64,000 nucleotides of DNA, taken from Deltaproteobacteria bacterium. Lineage in GTDB: Bacteria > Desulfobacterota > Syntrophia > Syntrophales > UBA6807. The stretch covers positions 6,305-70,304 of the forward strand of contig DSDU01000243.1 in the NCBI GenBank assembly GCA_011056835.1, given 5' to 3'. This document shows positions 1 through 9,545 of this stretch, one piece after another (within the stretch, counting starts at the first letter, position 1; each line of letters opens with the position of its first letter). The notes beneath the pieces are model-generated. The model did not search any database. It had not been told where the DNA came from and saw only the letters and a program-made list of their open reading frames with translations. The position numbers and the translations under genes were made by a program.

Positions 1-55
1 TCATTTTTTTTAGAAAATCATAAAGTGCTTCTGAGTTTTTGACAACTTCCTTCAT
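1..55 (-). CDS. 5' end of an ORF running off the left edge (MKEVVKNSEALYDFLKKM...); product not callable from 18 codons
   Basis: Minus-strand ATG at 55..53 with AGAGG 6 nt upstream, 19 nt after the stop of the SDR gene. In FAS-II-type operons an acyl carrier protein often follows the ketoreductase, but that is positional inference only. Confidence 0.3.
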   Translation of the reverse strand, partial: MKEVVKNSEALYDFLKKM

Positions 56-74
56 TGCTAACCTCTAATTGTAT

Positions 75-815
75 TTATGTCAGGCCGCCATCTACGACCA
101 GAACCTGACCAGTGATATATCGTGCCCGCTCCGATGCCAGAAATAAAACTGCTTCTGCAACATCCCCGGGGTCGCCGAATCGCCCCATGGGAATCATCCT
201 GAGAAATTCATCCCTGGTTTTATCATCAAGATGTTCAGTCATCGGTGTGGCGATAACACCGGGACATACGGCATTGACAGTCACCCCGAATCGAGCCAGT
301 TCCCGCGCAAGCGATTTGGTAAATGAAATGATCCCGCCTTTTGAAGCCGAATAATTCGTCTGATATGGTCTCCCCGTCAGCGCGGAGGGTGATGTTACAT
401 TAATGATACGTCCGAATTTTCGCCCTATCATTAATCTGACAACGGAACGTGAACACAGGTAGGTACCTTTGAGATTCACGTCAAGAACACGATCCCAGTC
501 ATCCTCATTGAGAAACACAAGCAGTTTGTCCCTGATAATTCCAGCATTATTGATAAGAACGTCCACATACGCCCAGTGATGTAATATTTCTCTGATCATT
601 GCATCCACATCAGACCGGATTGAAACATCCGCCTTGATAAGCAGACACTCTTCCGTCAATGAACGTAATTCCATTTCCGTCTCAGCGGCACTTCTATCGT
701 CGGAAGAGTACGTTACCGCTACACGGGCACCTTCACGGGCAAAAGAAAGAGCCATGGTCTTACCTAATCCCCTGGTCCCGCCGGTAATGACAACACGTTT
801 ATCTCTGTATTCCAT
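75..815 (-). CDS. short-chain dehydrogenase/reductase, 3-oxoacyl-ACP reductase (FabG)-like
   Basis: 246-aa ORF with Rossmann motif TGGTRGLG, NNAG, and catalytic YSASK (YxxxK) after a Ser. This is the classic SDR ketoreductase pattern. Confidence 0.85.
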   Translation of the reverse strand: MEYRDKRVVITGGTRGLGKTMALSFAREGARVAVTYSSDDRSAAETEMELRSLTEECLLIKADVSIRSDVDAMIREILHHWAYVDVLINNAGIIRDKLLVFLNEDDWDRVLDVNLKGTYLCSRSVVRLMIGRKFGRIINVTSPSALTGRPYQTNYSASKGGIISFTKSLARELARFGVTVNAVCPGVIATPMTEHLDDKTRDEFLRMIPMGRFGDPGDVAEAVLFLASERARYITGQVLVVDGGLT

Positions 816-1250
816 ATTGAATGCCGTTACATCGCGCAGTAAATTATCAAAAGACTAATCGAAATGTTTAGCAGAGGAACGGCCTTTGCGCAAGGCTAAA
901 AAAGTATATGTATATCGGCAAGGTACGATCCCTGCAGCATTCATTGATATGTTTTCTGATACAAAGATATTCCCACCCTCAAAAAGAATCACCGGTCGAA
1001 GAAACAGGTGACAGATTCGTATAACCCTGTCATCTTCAGATCATGGTCATTCTGACCAATCAAGAATTTGATGCATCCTTCCCTTCTAAACGTCATGAAA
1101 TGTGTTGTCATCGTACCCATTGAAAATTTCGGGTCGGGAAGCAAACTTTTCACTTTGCAAAAAAACCGTGACGTATTATAGATTGCATTCTCATTGATAT
1201 CGTATAAAAAAACAACCGACGCAACTGTGCCACGCAACAATAAAGATAGA

Positions 1251-2429
1251 ATGAACTCAGACGTATTTATAACAGACGGACACTGGCGAAAATCCCTGGC
1301 AGCCGTAAGGGCTTTGGGAAAGAAGGGAATCAATGTTACGGTTGGTGAAAGCACCCGTCTCGCCACAGCCGTCTTTTCCCGATACTGCCATCGTTCTCTC
1401 GTCTATCCGTCACCGCTCATACAACCTGCTGAATTTATCGACGCCTTGGAAAAAGAACTGTCTCAACATTCATACCGGATGGTCCTGCCCATGGAAGATG
1501 AAACAACCGGCCTCATCTCGCAGCACCATTCGCTTCTGTCTCGACATGCCGCTATTCCTGTCGTTCCATATAAAAAATATTGTCTGGCCCGACGGAAAGA
1601 CGCTGTGCTCCGAATCGCGGAAGAGACAGGAATTCCTGTCCCGAAGACATGGTTTATCGACGATCTTTCACACATCGACCAGGTAAAAAACAGACTCCCC
1701 TATCCCGTCGTCATAAAACCGAGAATCGGGTCCGGCGCCGTCGGAATAACCTATCCCGAAAATGCCGATCAACTTATGGCATACTATCCGAAAATTCATC
1801 GCCATTTCCCCTACCCGTTGATCCAGGAACGCATACCCCGGGAAGGGCCGGGCTACGGGGTATCGCTCCTGTTTGATGAAAACGGTACCGTCAAGGCATC
1901 GTTTGTCCATAAACGCCTGCGGGAATACCCTGTCACCGGAGGTGCAAGCACACTCCGTGAAAGCGCCAGATACGATGACATTCTCGATATGGCGGTAACG
2001 CTGATGAAAAAACTTGACTGGTTCGGGATAGCCATGGTCGAATTCAAGATTGATCCCCGGGACGGAATCCCCAAGCTCATGGAAATCAATCCCCGGTTCT
2101 GGGGATCGCTTCATCTGTCAATCGTTGCGGGGGTGAATTTTCCATATCTCCTGTATCGCATGTCCCGGGGGGAAACATTCGGACCGGTTGAGCATTACAA
2201 ACTGGGGGTGCGGTGCCGCTGGATGCTCCCCGGGGACATTCTCCACTTTATTCACAACCCACGGCGGGCTTCTCTGATTCATGATTTTTTTCGCTTTCGG
2301 GATAATAATACAGCTTACGATATTCTGTCTCTTACCGACCCCCTGCCTGTTATTGGAAGACTGATGACGCCCCTTACATTCCTGTATGATCGGGACATGA
2401 AATACAGGCTCAAAAAGAGAAAGCGATGA
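1251..2429 (+). CDS. ATP-grasp domain protein (carboxylate-amine ligase type), substrate unknown
   Basis: ORF 1194..2429. The in-frame ATG at 1251 (MNSDVFITDGHW...) is preferred over the TTG at 1194. ATP-grasp-like core segments are VVIKPRIGSGAVGI and MVEFKIDPRDGIPKLMEINPRFWGS. The stop overlaps the next start (ATGA). Confidence 0.7.
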   Translation: MNSDVFITDGHWRKSLAAVRALGKKGINVTVGESTRLATAVFSRYCHRSLVYPSPLIQPAEFIDALEKELSQHSYRMVLPMEDETTGLISQHHSLLSRHAAIPVVPYKKYCLARRKDAVLRIAEETGIPVPKTWFIDDLSHIDQVKNRLPYPVVIKPRIGSGAVGITYPENADQLMAYYPKIHRHFPYPLIQERIPREGPGYGVSLLFDENGTVKASFVHKRLREYPVTGGASTLRESARYDDILDMAVTLMKKLDWFGIAMVEFKIDPRDGIPKLMEINPRFWGSLHLSIVAGVNFPYLLYRMSRGETFGPVEHYKLGVRCRWMLPGDILHFIHNPRRASLIHDFFRFRDNNTAYDILSLTDPLPVIGRLMTPLTFLYDRDMKYRLKKRKR

Positions 2430-3298
2430 GCGTACATAACATTCTGACCGTCGACCTCGAGGACTGGTATCACATCTGCGGCGTCGATCAAGTGCTCCCC
2501 GAAGCCGACTGGCCGGACCTTGAAAGTCGTGTGGAGCAGAACACTCTTAAAATACTCGATATTCTCCGCCGACGAACCATTACGGCGACTTTTTTCGTTC
2601 TTGGATACATCGCAGACCGTCATGGCGAGCTCATCAGAAAGATTCATCGTGACGGTCACGAAATCGCCACACACGGATATGCTCACCGGCGAGTCTACAC
2701 CATGACACAGGACGAGTTTCGCAGGGATCTGAAACAGGCGATTGATACCATCACCAGGATCACAGGACGCCCGATCAAGGGATACCGGGCGCCGGAATGG
2801 TCCGTCCGGAATGACTCGCTGTGGGCGCTTGACATTCTCAGGCAGGAGGGATTCGCATACGATTCGAGTATGGCGCCACTACCGATTATCGGTAATTCAG
2901 CCTATCCGAGAGCACCGCACAGACTGGTACTCAATGAGGGTCATATCTGGGAATTCCCGCCACTTACCGCATACACTCCTCTTATCAACCTGCCCGTGGG
3001 CGGAGGATGGGGACTCCGAGTATTTCCATATCGATTGATACACAGATCCATAGAAAAGTTCAACAGGAATGGTGAACCCGCCGTAATCTACGTCCATCCG
3101 CGGGAATTCGACCACAACCCGCCCCGCGTGAAGCTGCCGCTTTCCAAACTCTTTGTTCTGCATGCCCGTGTTGTCACGACGCCTGAGCGACTCGAACGCC
3201 TGCTCGACGATTTCCCCTTCACATCGATCTCCACCGTTCTCGAAAAGAAAACCGTTGCATTTCAGAGACGACATATGTATAAGGAAAAATTCAGCTAA
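2426..3298 (+). CDS. polysaccharide deacetylase family protein (NodB fold, DUF3473/PEP-CTERM-locus-like subfamily)
   Basis: 290 aa. The N-terminal ILTVDLEDWYH and FFVLG...HEIATHGYAH motifs are typical of this deacetylase subfamily. ATGA overlap with the upstream gene and TAATG overlap with the downstream gene. Confidence 0.75.
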   Translation: MSVHNILTVDLEDWYHICGVDQVLPEADWPDLESRVEQNTLKILDILRRRTITATFFVLGYIADRHGELIRKIHRDGHEIATHGYAHRRVYTMTQDEFRRDLKQAIDTITRITGRPIKGYRAPEWSVRNDSLWALDILRQEGFAYDSSMAPLPIIGNSAYPRAPHRLVLNEGHIWEFPPLTAYTPLINLPVGGGWGLRVFPYRLIHRSIEKFNRNGEPAVIYVHPREFDHNPPRVKLPLSKLFVLHARVVTTPERLERLLDDFPFTSISTVLEKKTVAFQRRHMYKEKFS

Positions 3299-3801
3299 TG
3301 ACTGAGATCGTGCTCTATTTAAAAAGCAACCTTGCAGATAACTTCGTTCTCTATTTCATCCCGCTCTATATCGTGGGAGGGAGACCCGTTGCCGTTCTCA
3401 GTGCGCAGTTATTAGGTTATACTGCATTATTTATTGTGCCTGTCGTCGTCATGCTGGACACGTTGCAGATACCAATGTTCTATTATCTTTACGGCGCGCT
3501 GTCTCAACGATTATTGGTACGGAAGCTCTCTGAAAGAGCCAGAAAGAAGGAACGGAAGCTTCACGAATCGCGTTTTTTTCGCTGGATGCAGGTCATGGGC
3601 GCCCCGGGTGTTGTGGCAATAACATTGCTTCCCATGAAAGGGTGCGGCATGTGGAGCGGTGTTCTTCTTTCAAAATTATTAAAGTATCCCAAACCTTACA
3701 GCTATCTGCTTCTGATTCTGGGCAGTACTTTGGGGTGCGCTATTCTGCTGGGAATCGGTGACTGCATCTTGAAGTTATGGTGGATATTAGCCGGCAGCTG
3801 A
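3298..3801 (+). CDS. small integral membrane protein, function unknown
   Basis: 167 aa with about four hydrophobic helices separated by a basic loop (RKLSERARKKERKLHESR). The start overlaps the upstream stop (TAATG). Confidence 0.6.
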   Translation: MTEIVLYLKSNLADNFVLYFIPLYIVGGRPVAVLSAQLLGYTALFIVPVVVMLDTLQIPMFYYLYGALSQRLLVRKLSERARKKERKLHESRFFRWMQVMGAPGVVAITLLPMKGCGMWSGVLLSKLLKYPKPYSYLLLILGSTLGCAILLGIGDCILKLWWILAGS

Positions 3802-3827
3802 AACATACAAAAAGGGGATTCTCACGA

Positions 3828-5198
3828 ATGGTATATACGCTCAAGAGCCGATTTTTAATATACTTGATTAATTTTCTCTTCATTCTTCTCTCGAACATAC
3901 GCAATGATCGATTATTCAGATGGATTTACACCGTATTGGCCTATCTGGCCGAAAAACTGGCTACCAAAGATTATTATGTGGAAAAAATCAAGTGGATCAA
4001 GAGGCTGTTTGACACCAACCACCCCAGCCTCGCCGTCACGAAGAAGATTCTCAGGGGAACAAACCCTCACCACCGGAAAACACTCATCAAGGCGGCAATT
4101 CTCAATCAGCTCCTTATCGGCACGAATAAACGGAAGGAGTTTTCCGAAAGAACCGGAATGCCCTATCCTCCCGGTTTCTTCGTCATCAGTCCAAGCATGA
4201 AATGCAACCTGAAGTGTTACGGATGTTATGCGGGCTCTTACGACAAGAGGGGCGAATTGTCATTTGAAGAAATCGACAGCACACTCACTCAGGCGAAGGA
4301 AATGGGAATGTTTTTCTGTGTCGTGTCCGGCGGGGAGCCCTTTTTTCATCCCCGGATTTTCGATATTTTCAGAAAACACAATGATGTCGTCTTTCACGTT
4401 TTCACCAACGGAACGTTGATCAATAAAGAAACCTGCCGGCGGCTTGTCGATGTCGGCAACATCATACCGGCCATCAGCATCGAAGGATACGAAGAAGAAA
4501 CAGACCTGCGCCGTGGTCGAGGACATTTCGGCAAAATCATGAAGGCGATGGAGCTGCTGAGAGAATCGAAAATACTGTTCGGCTTTTCCGGGACACTGAC
4601 TCGACGGAATACGGAGATTCTTAACAGTGACGAATTCATAGAATTTATGATCGACAAGGGATGTGTGCTGGGGTGGTACTTCATGTATGTTCCCATCGGA
4701 CGGGAACCGAACCTTGAACTCATGCAAACCCCTGAGCAGCGGGGATATCAGTATGAACGATTAACGTATCTCCGGGCAAGCAAACAGATTCTTCTGGCCG
4801 ACTTCTGGCATGATGGACCGTTGGTCGGAGGATGCATCGCCGGCGGCAGAAAATACTTTCACATCAATGCCAATGGAGACGTGGAACCATGTGTCTTCTG
4901 TCATTATGCCACCCACAATATCAGGGCAACCCCTCTGAAGGAGGCTATTTTTTCCCCCATGTTCCGATCGCTGTGTTCTCGACTTCCCCTGTATGACAAT
5001 CTTCTTCGACCATGCACACTTGTCGACAATCCTCAGGTCGGCCGTGATACCATCACGAAATTCGGAGCATATTTCACCCATGAGGGCGCAGAAATCATCT
5101 TTCAGGATCTGGCAGGTGAAATGGATGAGTACGCGCAAAAGTATGCGGTTGTTGCCGACAATCTCTGGAAAAAGTATTTCCCGGCCGAAAAGGGATAG
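3828..5198 (+). CDS. radical SAM enzyme with N-terminal hydrophobic/helical region and Cys-rich C-terminal (SPASM/twitch-like) extension
   Basis: CNLKCYGCYA is a CxxxCxxC cluster motif, followed by a GGEPF SAM-binding motif. The C-terminal part is GGCIAGGRKYFHINANGDVEPCVFCHY plus two further Cys. ATG 3828 (SD AAGGGGA 9 nt upstream) is preferred over ATG 3777, which would overlap the previous gene by 25 nt. Confidence 0.8.
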   Translation: MVYTLKSRFLIYLINFLFILLSNIRNDRLFRWIYTVLAYLAEKLATKDYYVEKIKWIKRLFDTNHPSLAVTKKILRGTNPHHRKTLIKAAILNQLLIGTNKRKEFSERTGMPYPPGFFVISPSMKCNLKCYGCYAGSYDKRGELSFEEIDSTLTQAKEMGMFFCVVSGGEPFFHPRIFDIFRKHNDVVFHVFTNGTLINKETCRRLVDVGNIIPAISIEGYEEETDLRRGRGHFGKIMKAMELLRESKILFGFSGTLTRRNTEILNSDEFIEFMIDKGCVLGWYFMYVPIGREPNLELMQTPEQRGYQYERLTYLRASKQILLADFWHDGPLVGGCIAGGRKYFHINANGDVEPCVFCHYATHNIRATPLKEAIFSPMFRSLCSRLPLYDNLLRPCTLVDNPQVGRDTITKFGAYFTHEGAEIIFQDLAGEMDEYAQKYAVVADNLWKKYFPAEKG

Positions 5199-5216
5199 AT
5201 CACGAGGTCATACCCC

Positions 5217-7754
5217 TTGCATCACATAATTTATCGATTCCACCGGCACATACTGATCCTGACGATCTGTATCACCGTACTGGCCGCAATGTTGGCATTT
5301 CGCCTTCAACTCGACATGAACTTCTACTCGCTCCTTCCCGATCACAATGAGGAAGTGCGGATTTTTTTCGATATCACCGACCGGATCGGGGAGCATTCCC
5401 TCCTGATTGCAGTCATTTCCATACCCTCACGTGACGAAGCCGAAACAGGTGAATCATTTATTGAAACATTTGCGGAGAATCTTGCCGGAAGCCCGCTCAT
5501 CAAAAATGTCACCTATAAGAATGACGGACGTGAATTCCCGTCCGTCTTCGGGACCTTGCTCGACTACCTCCCGCTTTTTCTTCAAGTCGAAGACCTGGAA
5601 CTCCTGGCATCTCATTTAACAGACGAGGAGATCCGTCATCAGGTGCAACAGAATAAACATCTTCTCATGACTCCCTTCGGCATGGCAGCACGAGACATCA
5701 TCGCCGCCGATCCCCTTGGTATTCGGGAACTCTTCGAACATCGGTTCACCTCCCCCGCGGCAAAACAGATAAACTCCGGAAGAACAGGGTTTTTCCGAAC
5801 CGACGACGGTTCAACCTACTTTATCTTCATAAGCCCGCACCGACCGCCTCAGGATCTTTCCTTCAGCAGAGACCTCATGAAAACAGTCGGTCATCTTGAA
5901 CAGTTGTCACTCGAAGACGTGGGGCTCGATTCACGAAGCGGGATTATCGTTTCGTACACGGGCGGATACCCAATTGCCGTTCGTGACGAGGCAACGACAA
6001 AGAAAGATATTGCCGTAACCATCCTGACATCTTTCCTGGCGGTTCTTATTCTATTCGGGATATCATTCAGAACAACACGGGTTCTTTTCTATGTCGCAGC
6101 TTCACTTGTCATAAGCATTCTGTGGACTCTCGGGTTCACCAGTATCATGTTTCACCATGTTAATGTCCTTACCTGCGTATTCTCATGTGTGTTGATCGGT
6201 CTTGGTATTGATTTTGCGATTCACATGGTTAATCGCTACTTTGGAAACGATAAAATCAATCTCCCACCGACACTTCGACTTAAAGAAACATTTCATGAAT
6301 CCGGAATGGGGATTGTAATCGGAGGAATCACAACAGCCGTTGCGTTTTATTCGATAGCCATATCTGATTTTCGCGGATTTCAAGAACTCGGCATTGTCAC
6401 GGGAACGGGAATCCTTATCTGCCTCGCCGTCATGCTGGTCGTCCTTCCCTGCCTTCTGATCTTTTTCTCGACGCAAACAAAAAGCGGACGACCGATTATG
6501 ATCAGTAGATTCGGACTCGAAAAGCCCATGCGCCTGTGCGCTTCATATCCGAAAACAATAATTGCTGCGTTCCTTTTTGTTACGGTTCTCCTTTCGCTCT
6601 CAGGATTTCGCGTCTCTTTCGATGATAATCTCAGGAATTTCCGCCCTGCCGACAGTGAAACTTTTCACCTCCAGGATATGGTCAGTCGCTGGATCGGGGG
6701 ATCGATGGCACAAACAATGATAGTCGTTCAAGGTCCTTCTGAAAAGGATGTCCTGAAAAAGAGCTCTCAAATATTCCATGCCATGAAAGATTTAAAACAA
6801 AACGGCAGGATTGGCGGATTCACTTCGCTGAACCGGTTTATTGCCTCTGCCGAGGAGCAGAAACTTACGGGGCAAATGATCCGAAGCGGGGGAATAGCCT
6901 TTGACCCGGACCGTATTCAGGAGACCTTTAACCGGGCCTGTGACGAAAACGGATTTGCCACGGCAGGTCTCTACGATGACTATTTCAATAAATTACGTAA
7001 AGTCCTGACATCAGAAGAGATAATTCTTCCATCGGCGCTTGGGGAGACTGCCCTCGCACCGCTGATTAAACCGTTTATGGCGGCCATGGAGAAAGACTAT
7101 ACGATAATAACATACATCTTTCCGTTGAAAGACCTCTGGCACCACACTGACACGACGGCATTCAGAGAAACGGTAACAGCCAAGCTGACAGAGGTCGGCC
7201 TGAATAAAGGCGACTACAAACTCACCGGACCAAACCTCCTTACGGGTGAATTGAAGCGGCTTATTATTTCCAACCTCGAATCGTCATTATTGTTGGCGCT
7301 GCTTGCCATTGCGGGAGTTCTCATTCTCTATTATCACTCCCTTGCCTTGTTCCTGCTCTCCATCGTTCCTCTTTTCATCGGACTGACCACTGTGGCAGGT
7401 ATCATGGTTCTTGCGAAACTCGATTTCAATTTCTTCAATATAATCATCCTGCCGATGATTGCGGGAATCGGCATTGACGACGGTATCCACCTCACCAACA
7501 CCTTTCGTCAGGTCACCGGTCATAACTTTTTGAGTGACATGGCACGAACGGGACGGGCGGTCGTCCTGACATCCCTGACAACCATGGCCGGCTTCGGTAC
7601 ACTGGCGCTCTCTCATTATCCGGGATTGAGAAGCATGGGATATGTGGCGGTTATCGGCATCAGCGCGTGCCTCATGGCATCGATTATTATACTTCCCGCG
7701 CTGTACACACTGATATTAAAGTGGAAAAAGCAGGCCAACGGAGCACCAAGCTGA
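5217..7754 (+). CDS. MMPL/RND-superfamily predicted lipid exporter (COG4258-like)
   Basis: 845 aa with a TTG start 9 nt after GAGG. There are two repeats, each a large soluble loop followed by a bundle of about 5-6 TM helices. This is the architecture of MMPL-type exporters found in specialised-lipid clusters. Confidence 0.75.
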   Translation: MHHIIYRFHRHILILTICITVLAAMLAFRLQLDMNFYSLLPDHNEEVRIFFDITDRIGEHSLLIAVISIPSRDEAETGESFIETFAENLAGSPLIKNVTYKNDGREFPSVFGTLLDYLPLFLQVEDLELLASHLTDEEIRHQVQQNKHLLMTPFGMAARDIIAADPLGIRELFEHRFTSPAAKQINSGRTGFFRTDDGSTYFIFISPHRPPQDLSFSRDLMKTVGHLEQLSLEDVGLDSRSGIIVSYTGGYPIAVRDEATTKKDIAVTILTSFLAVLILFGISFRTTRVLFYVAASLVISILWTLGFTSIMFHHVNVLTCVFSCVLIGLGIDFAIHMVNRYFGNDKINLPPTLRLKETFHESGMGIVIGGITTAVAFYSIAISDFRGFQELGIVTGTGILICLAVMLVVLPCLLIFFSTQTKSGRPIMISRFGLEKPMRLCASYPKTIIAAFLFVTVLLSLSGFRVSFDDNLRNFRPADSETFHLQDMVSRWIGGSMAQTMIVVQGPSEKDVLKKSSQIFHAMKDLKQNGRIGGFTSLNRFIASAEEQKLTGQMIRSGGIAFDPDRIQETFNRACDENGFATAGLYDDYFNKLRKVLTSEEIILPSALGETALAPLIKPFMAAMEKDYTIITYIFPLKDLWHHTDTTAFRETVTAKLTEVGLNKGDYKLTGPNLLTGELKRLIISNLESSLLLALLAIAGVLILYYHSLALFLLSIVPLFIGLTTVAGIMVLAKLDFNFFNIIILPMIAGIGIDDGIHLTNTFRQVTGHNFLSDMARTGRAVVLTSLTTMAGFGTLALSHYPGLRSMGYVAVIGISACLMASIIILPALYTLILKWKKQANGAPS

Positions 7755-7915
7755 ACTGAAAGGATTCTGCGCTTCACCTGAGTTCCATCTTTTTTCGCCG
7801 CGGCAGTGCCCTCACATTCGATATGGTGTCACCTCGGGCACAGAGAATAGATTAGCGGTTGTATTATTCAGTCAAATTGTTTAAACAAAACTGCAAATCA
7901 TGGGAGTGACACGAT

Positions 7916-8155
7916 ATGAGAAAAATCATATTCCTGCTGATTGTTGCAGCGGCTCCCGCCTTCGGCGTCATGAACTATCACGTCATCTTTCTTGACGACG
8001 GCGTAAAGATCCTGAAAAAAGCGGACCTTGCTCTCGACGACACATTCATTGATGCCCGGGGAGTAAAGCGGTTCAAGCTGATAACGAACCCGTCGTTGGT
8101 TAAATCAGGAGTGAAAAACTTGATCGATGATAAAAGTGCTTCAATACCAAAGTAA
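7916..8155 (+). CDS. small secreted protein, function unknown
   Basis: 79 aa with GGGAG 9 nt upstream of the ATG and a signal-peptide-like N-terminus, MRKIIFLLIVAAAPAFG. Confidence 0.5.
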   Translation: MRKIIFLLIVAAAPAFGVMNYHVIFLDDGVKILKKADLALDDTFIDARGVKRFKLITNPSLVKSGVKNLIDDKSASIPK

Positions 8156-8193
8156 GGTTTCATAAACAAATTCAAAAAAGGCGGATTGAAAAT

Positions 8194-8418
8194 ATGCGGT
8201 ATGTGTTCAGATCAAAGGTCGGTACGTTTTCCATAGAATCCGACGAAGTTCACTGGGACATGGTCCAGCTCTGTCTGGGCGGTCTCTGGCTCCGAACGGT
8301 GGAAACCGCCGAAGAAGCGGCACGGTTCGTATACGAACAGAAAACCGGACTGCATGAATGGGATACGCTCACCGAAATCGAGGCACCATCCGATCTCTCA
8401 GGATGGGAAACCGTATAA
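8194..8418 (+). CDS. small hypothetical protein
   Basis: 74 aa with globular-looking composition (MRYVFRSKVGTFSIESDE...) and a weak SD (AGGCGGA). An overlapping antisense ORF at 8250..8525 looks less protein-like. Confidence 0.45.
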   Translation: MRYVFRSKVGTFSIESDEVHWDMVQLCLGGLWLRTVETAEEAARFVYEQKTGLHEWDTLTEIEAPSDLSGWETV

Positions 8419-8569
8419 AGGCCGCAACTCAATGACCCGGTCATCAGCGGAACGTCATACCACGATGTATCGGGAACCCGGCAATGGAATGAACAACGCG
8501 GAGAAGTGACGATGATACAGTCCATGAACTATCCCCTGCAGCTTTCGGCTTACGCTGTTCCGTCATTGA

Positions 8570-9250
8570 TCACGAATACAACATCGACTTGCTTTTCTTC
8601 TGCTTCTGTCCGACTACCAGGCCGATCATGAGGCCGAAGAGGAGAACAAGCGCTCCCGCTAAGAACCATTTGATGGCGATTGTTGATTTTAACGATTTGT
8701 TCTCTTCGGTCAGATATGCCACAGTCTGTTGCGCCTGCTTCAGGGCTGATTTTGCGACCTCATGGGCTTCCTTGAGCTTCAAATAGTCTGCGGCACCTCC
8801 CTTCAGCTCGGCATAAGTCTTCTTCAGTTCCTCATAAGCCTTTGTCTGCTGTTTCAGCGTCGTCGTCACCTGCTGCAGCTGGGTGTTCGTTTCCTTCACC
8901 TTTCCATCAAGAAGGGGAACCCTTTCCTTTAATCTGCTGTTTTCTCTCAATAAGTATTCGGTCTGATTCTCCCACGGCATACGGGTCATGAGAAAGCGAG
9001 TCAGTACCCACCCTTCTTTATCCTCCGCTTTTCCCCCTTTGACGCGGATATGGGTCCAGTCACCACCTGCCTCCAGAACCTCAACCTTCTGACCTGATGG
9101 CAGCATGGATACGATTTTATTATTAGTGCTCGGTCCCGTGCGAAGCATTATTTCGAAAGAATCGGTGACATACATATCGGCGGTTATCCCCCGTTCCGCC
9201 CCTAGAGTTATGCTTACGGCAATAACAAGAATATACAAAAGTTTCTTCAT
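8570..9250 (-). CDS. SH3-domain protein with coiled coil and C-terminal membrane anchor (YgiM-like architecture)
   Basis: 226 aa. Signal peptide, bacterial SH3-like segment (LRTGPSTNNKIVSMLPSGQKVEVLEAGGDWTHIRV), a long heptad-rich region, then a TM helix WFLAGALVLLFGLMIGLVVG and a basic tail. Confidence 0.7.
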   Translation of the reverse strand: MKKLLYILVIAVSITLGAERGITADMYVTDSFEIMLRTGPSTNNKIVSMLPSGQKVEVLEAGGDWTHIRVKGGKAEDKEGWVLTRFLMTRMPWENQTEYLLRENSRLKERVPLLDGKVKETNTQLQQVTTTLKQQTKAYEELKKTYAELKGGAADYLKLKEAHEVAKSALKQAQQTVAYLTEENKSLKSTIAIKWFLAGALVLLFGLMIGLVVGQKQKKSKSMLYS

Positions 9251-9545
9251 GGTGCTCTCTACCTTTCAGGATGACGGTCTCATTCCGATCTCTATCAGAC
9301 GGTGCCCACAATAACAGGAATTAGGAAAGATTTCTATCATTTCTTGTTCAGGCATGCTGAGAAATCGACAGATTCATGCTCTAACAGTCCGTTAAAAAAG
9401 CTTGATCCCGATGCCGTTCACCGGAGTCCGCAGGCACGACCCTCCGAATCCCTGCATGATTCTGCTCACAGCCTGAAACACTGGACAATTCAGTGTGAGA
9501 AAAATCTTCAGACACCGGGAGATTTTCGACTGCACAAAAACTATT

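Noticed and set aside
1668-2114. 148-aa ORF antisense to the ATP-grasp gene, plus other short overlapping ORFs at 989..1876
   Set aside because: They are embedded in or overlap the ATP-grasp coding frame and carry no motifs.
2426-7754. Hopanoid (hpn) cluster idea: deacetylase + radical SAM + RND/MMPL exporter + B12 radical SAM
   Set aside because: There is no squalene-hopene cyclase or glycosyltransferase in the window. The radical SAM protein lacks features I associate with HpnH. FabD/FabZ/FabG-like and acyltransferase genes point to acyl-lipid chemistry instead.
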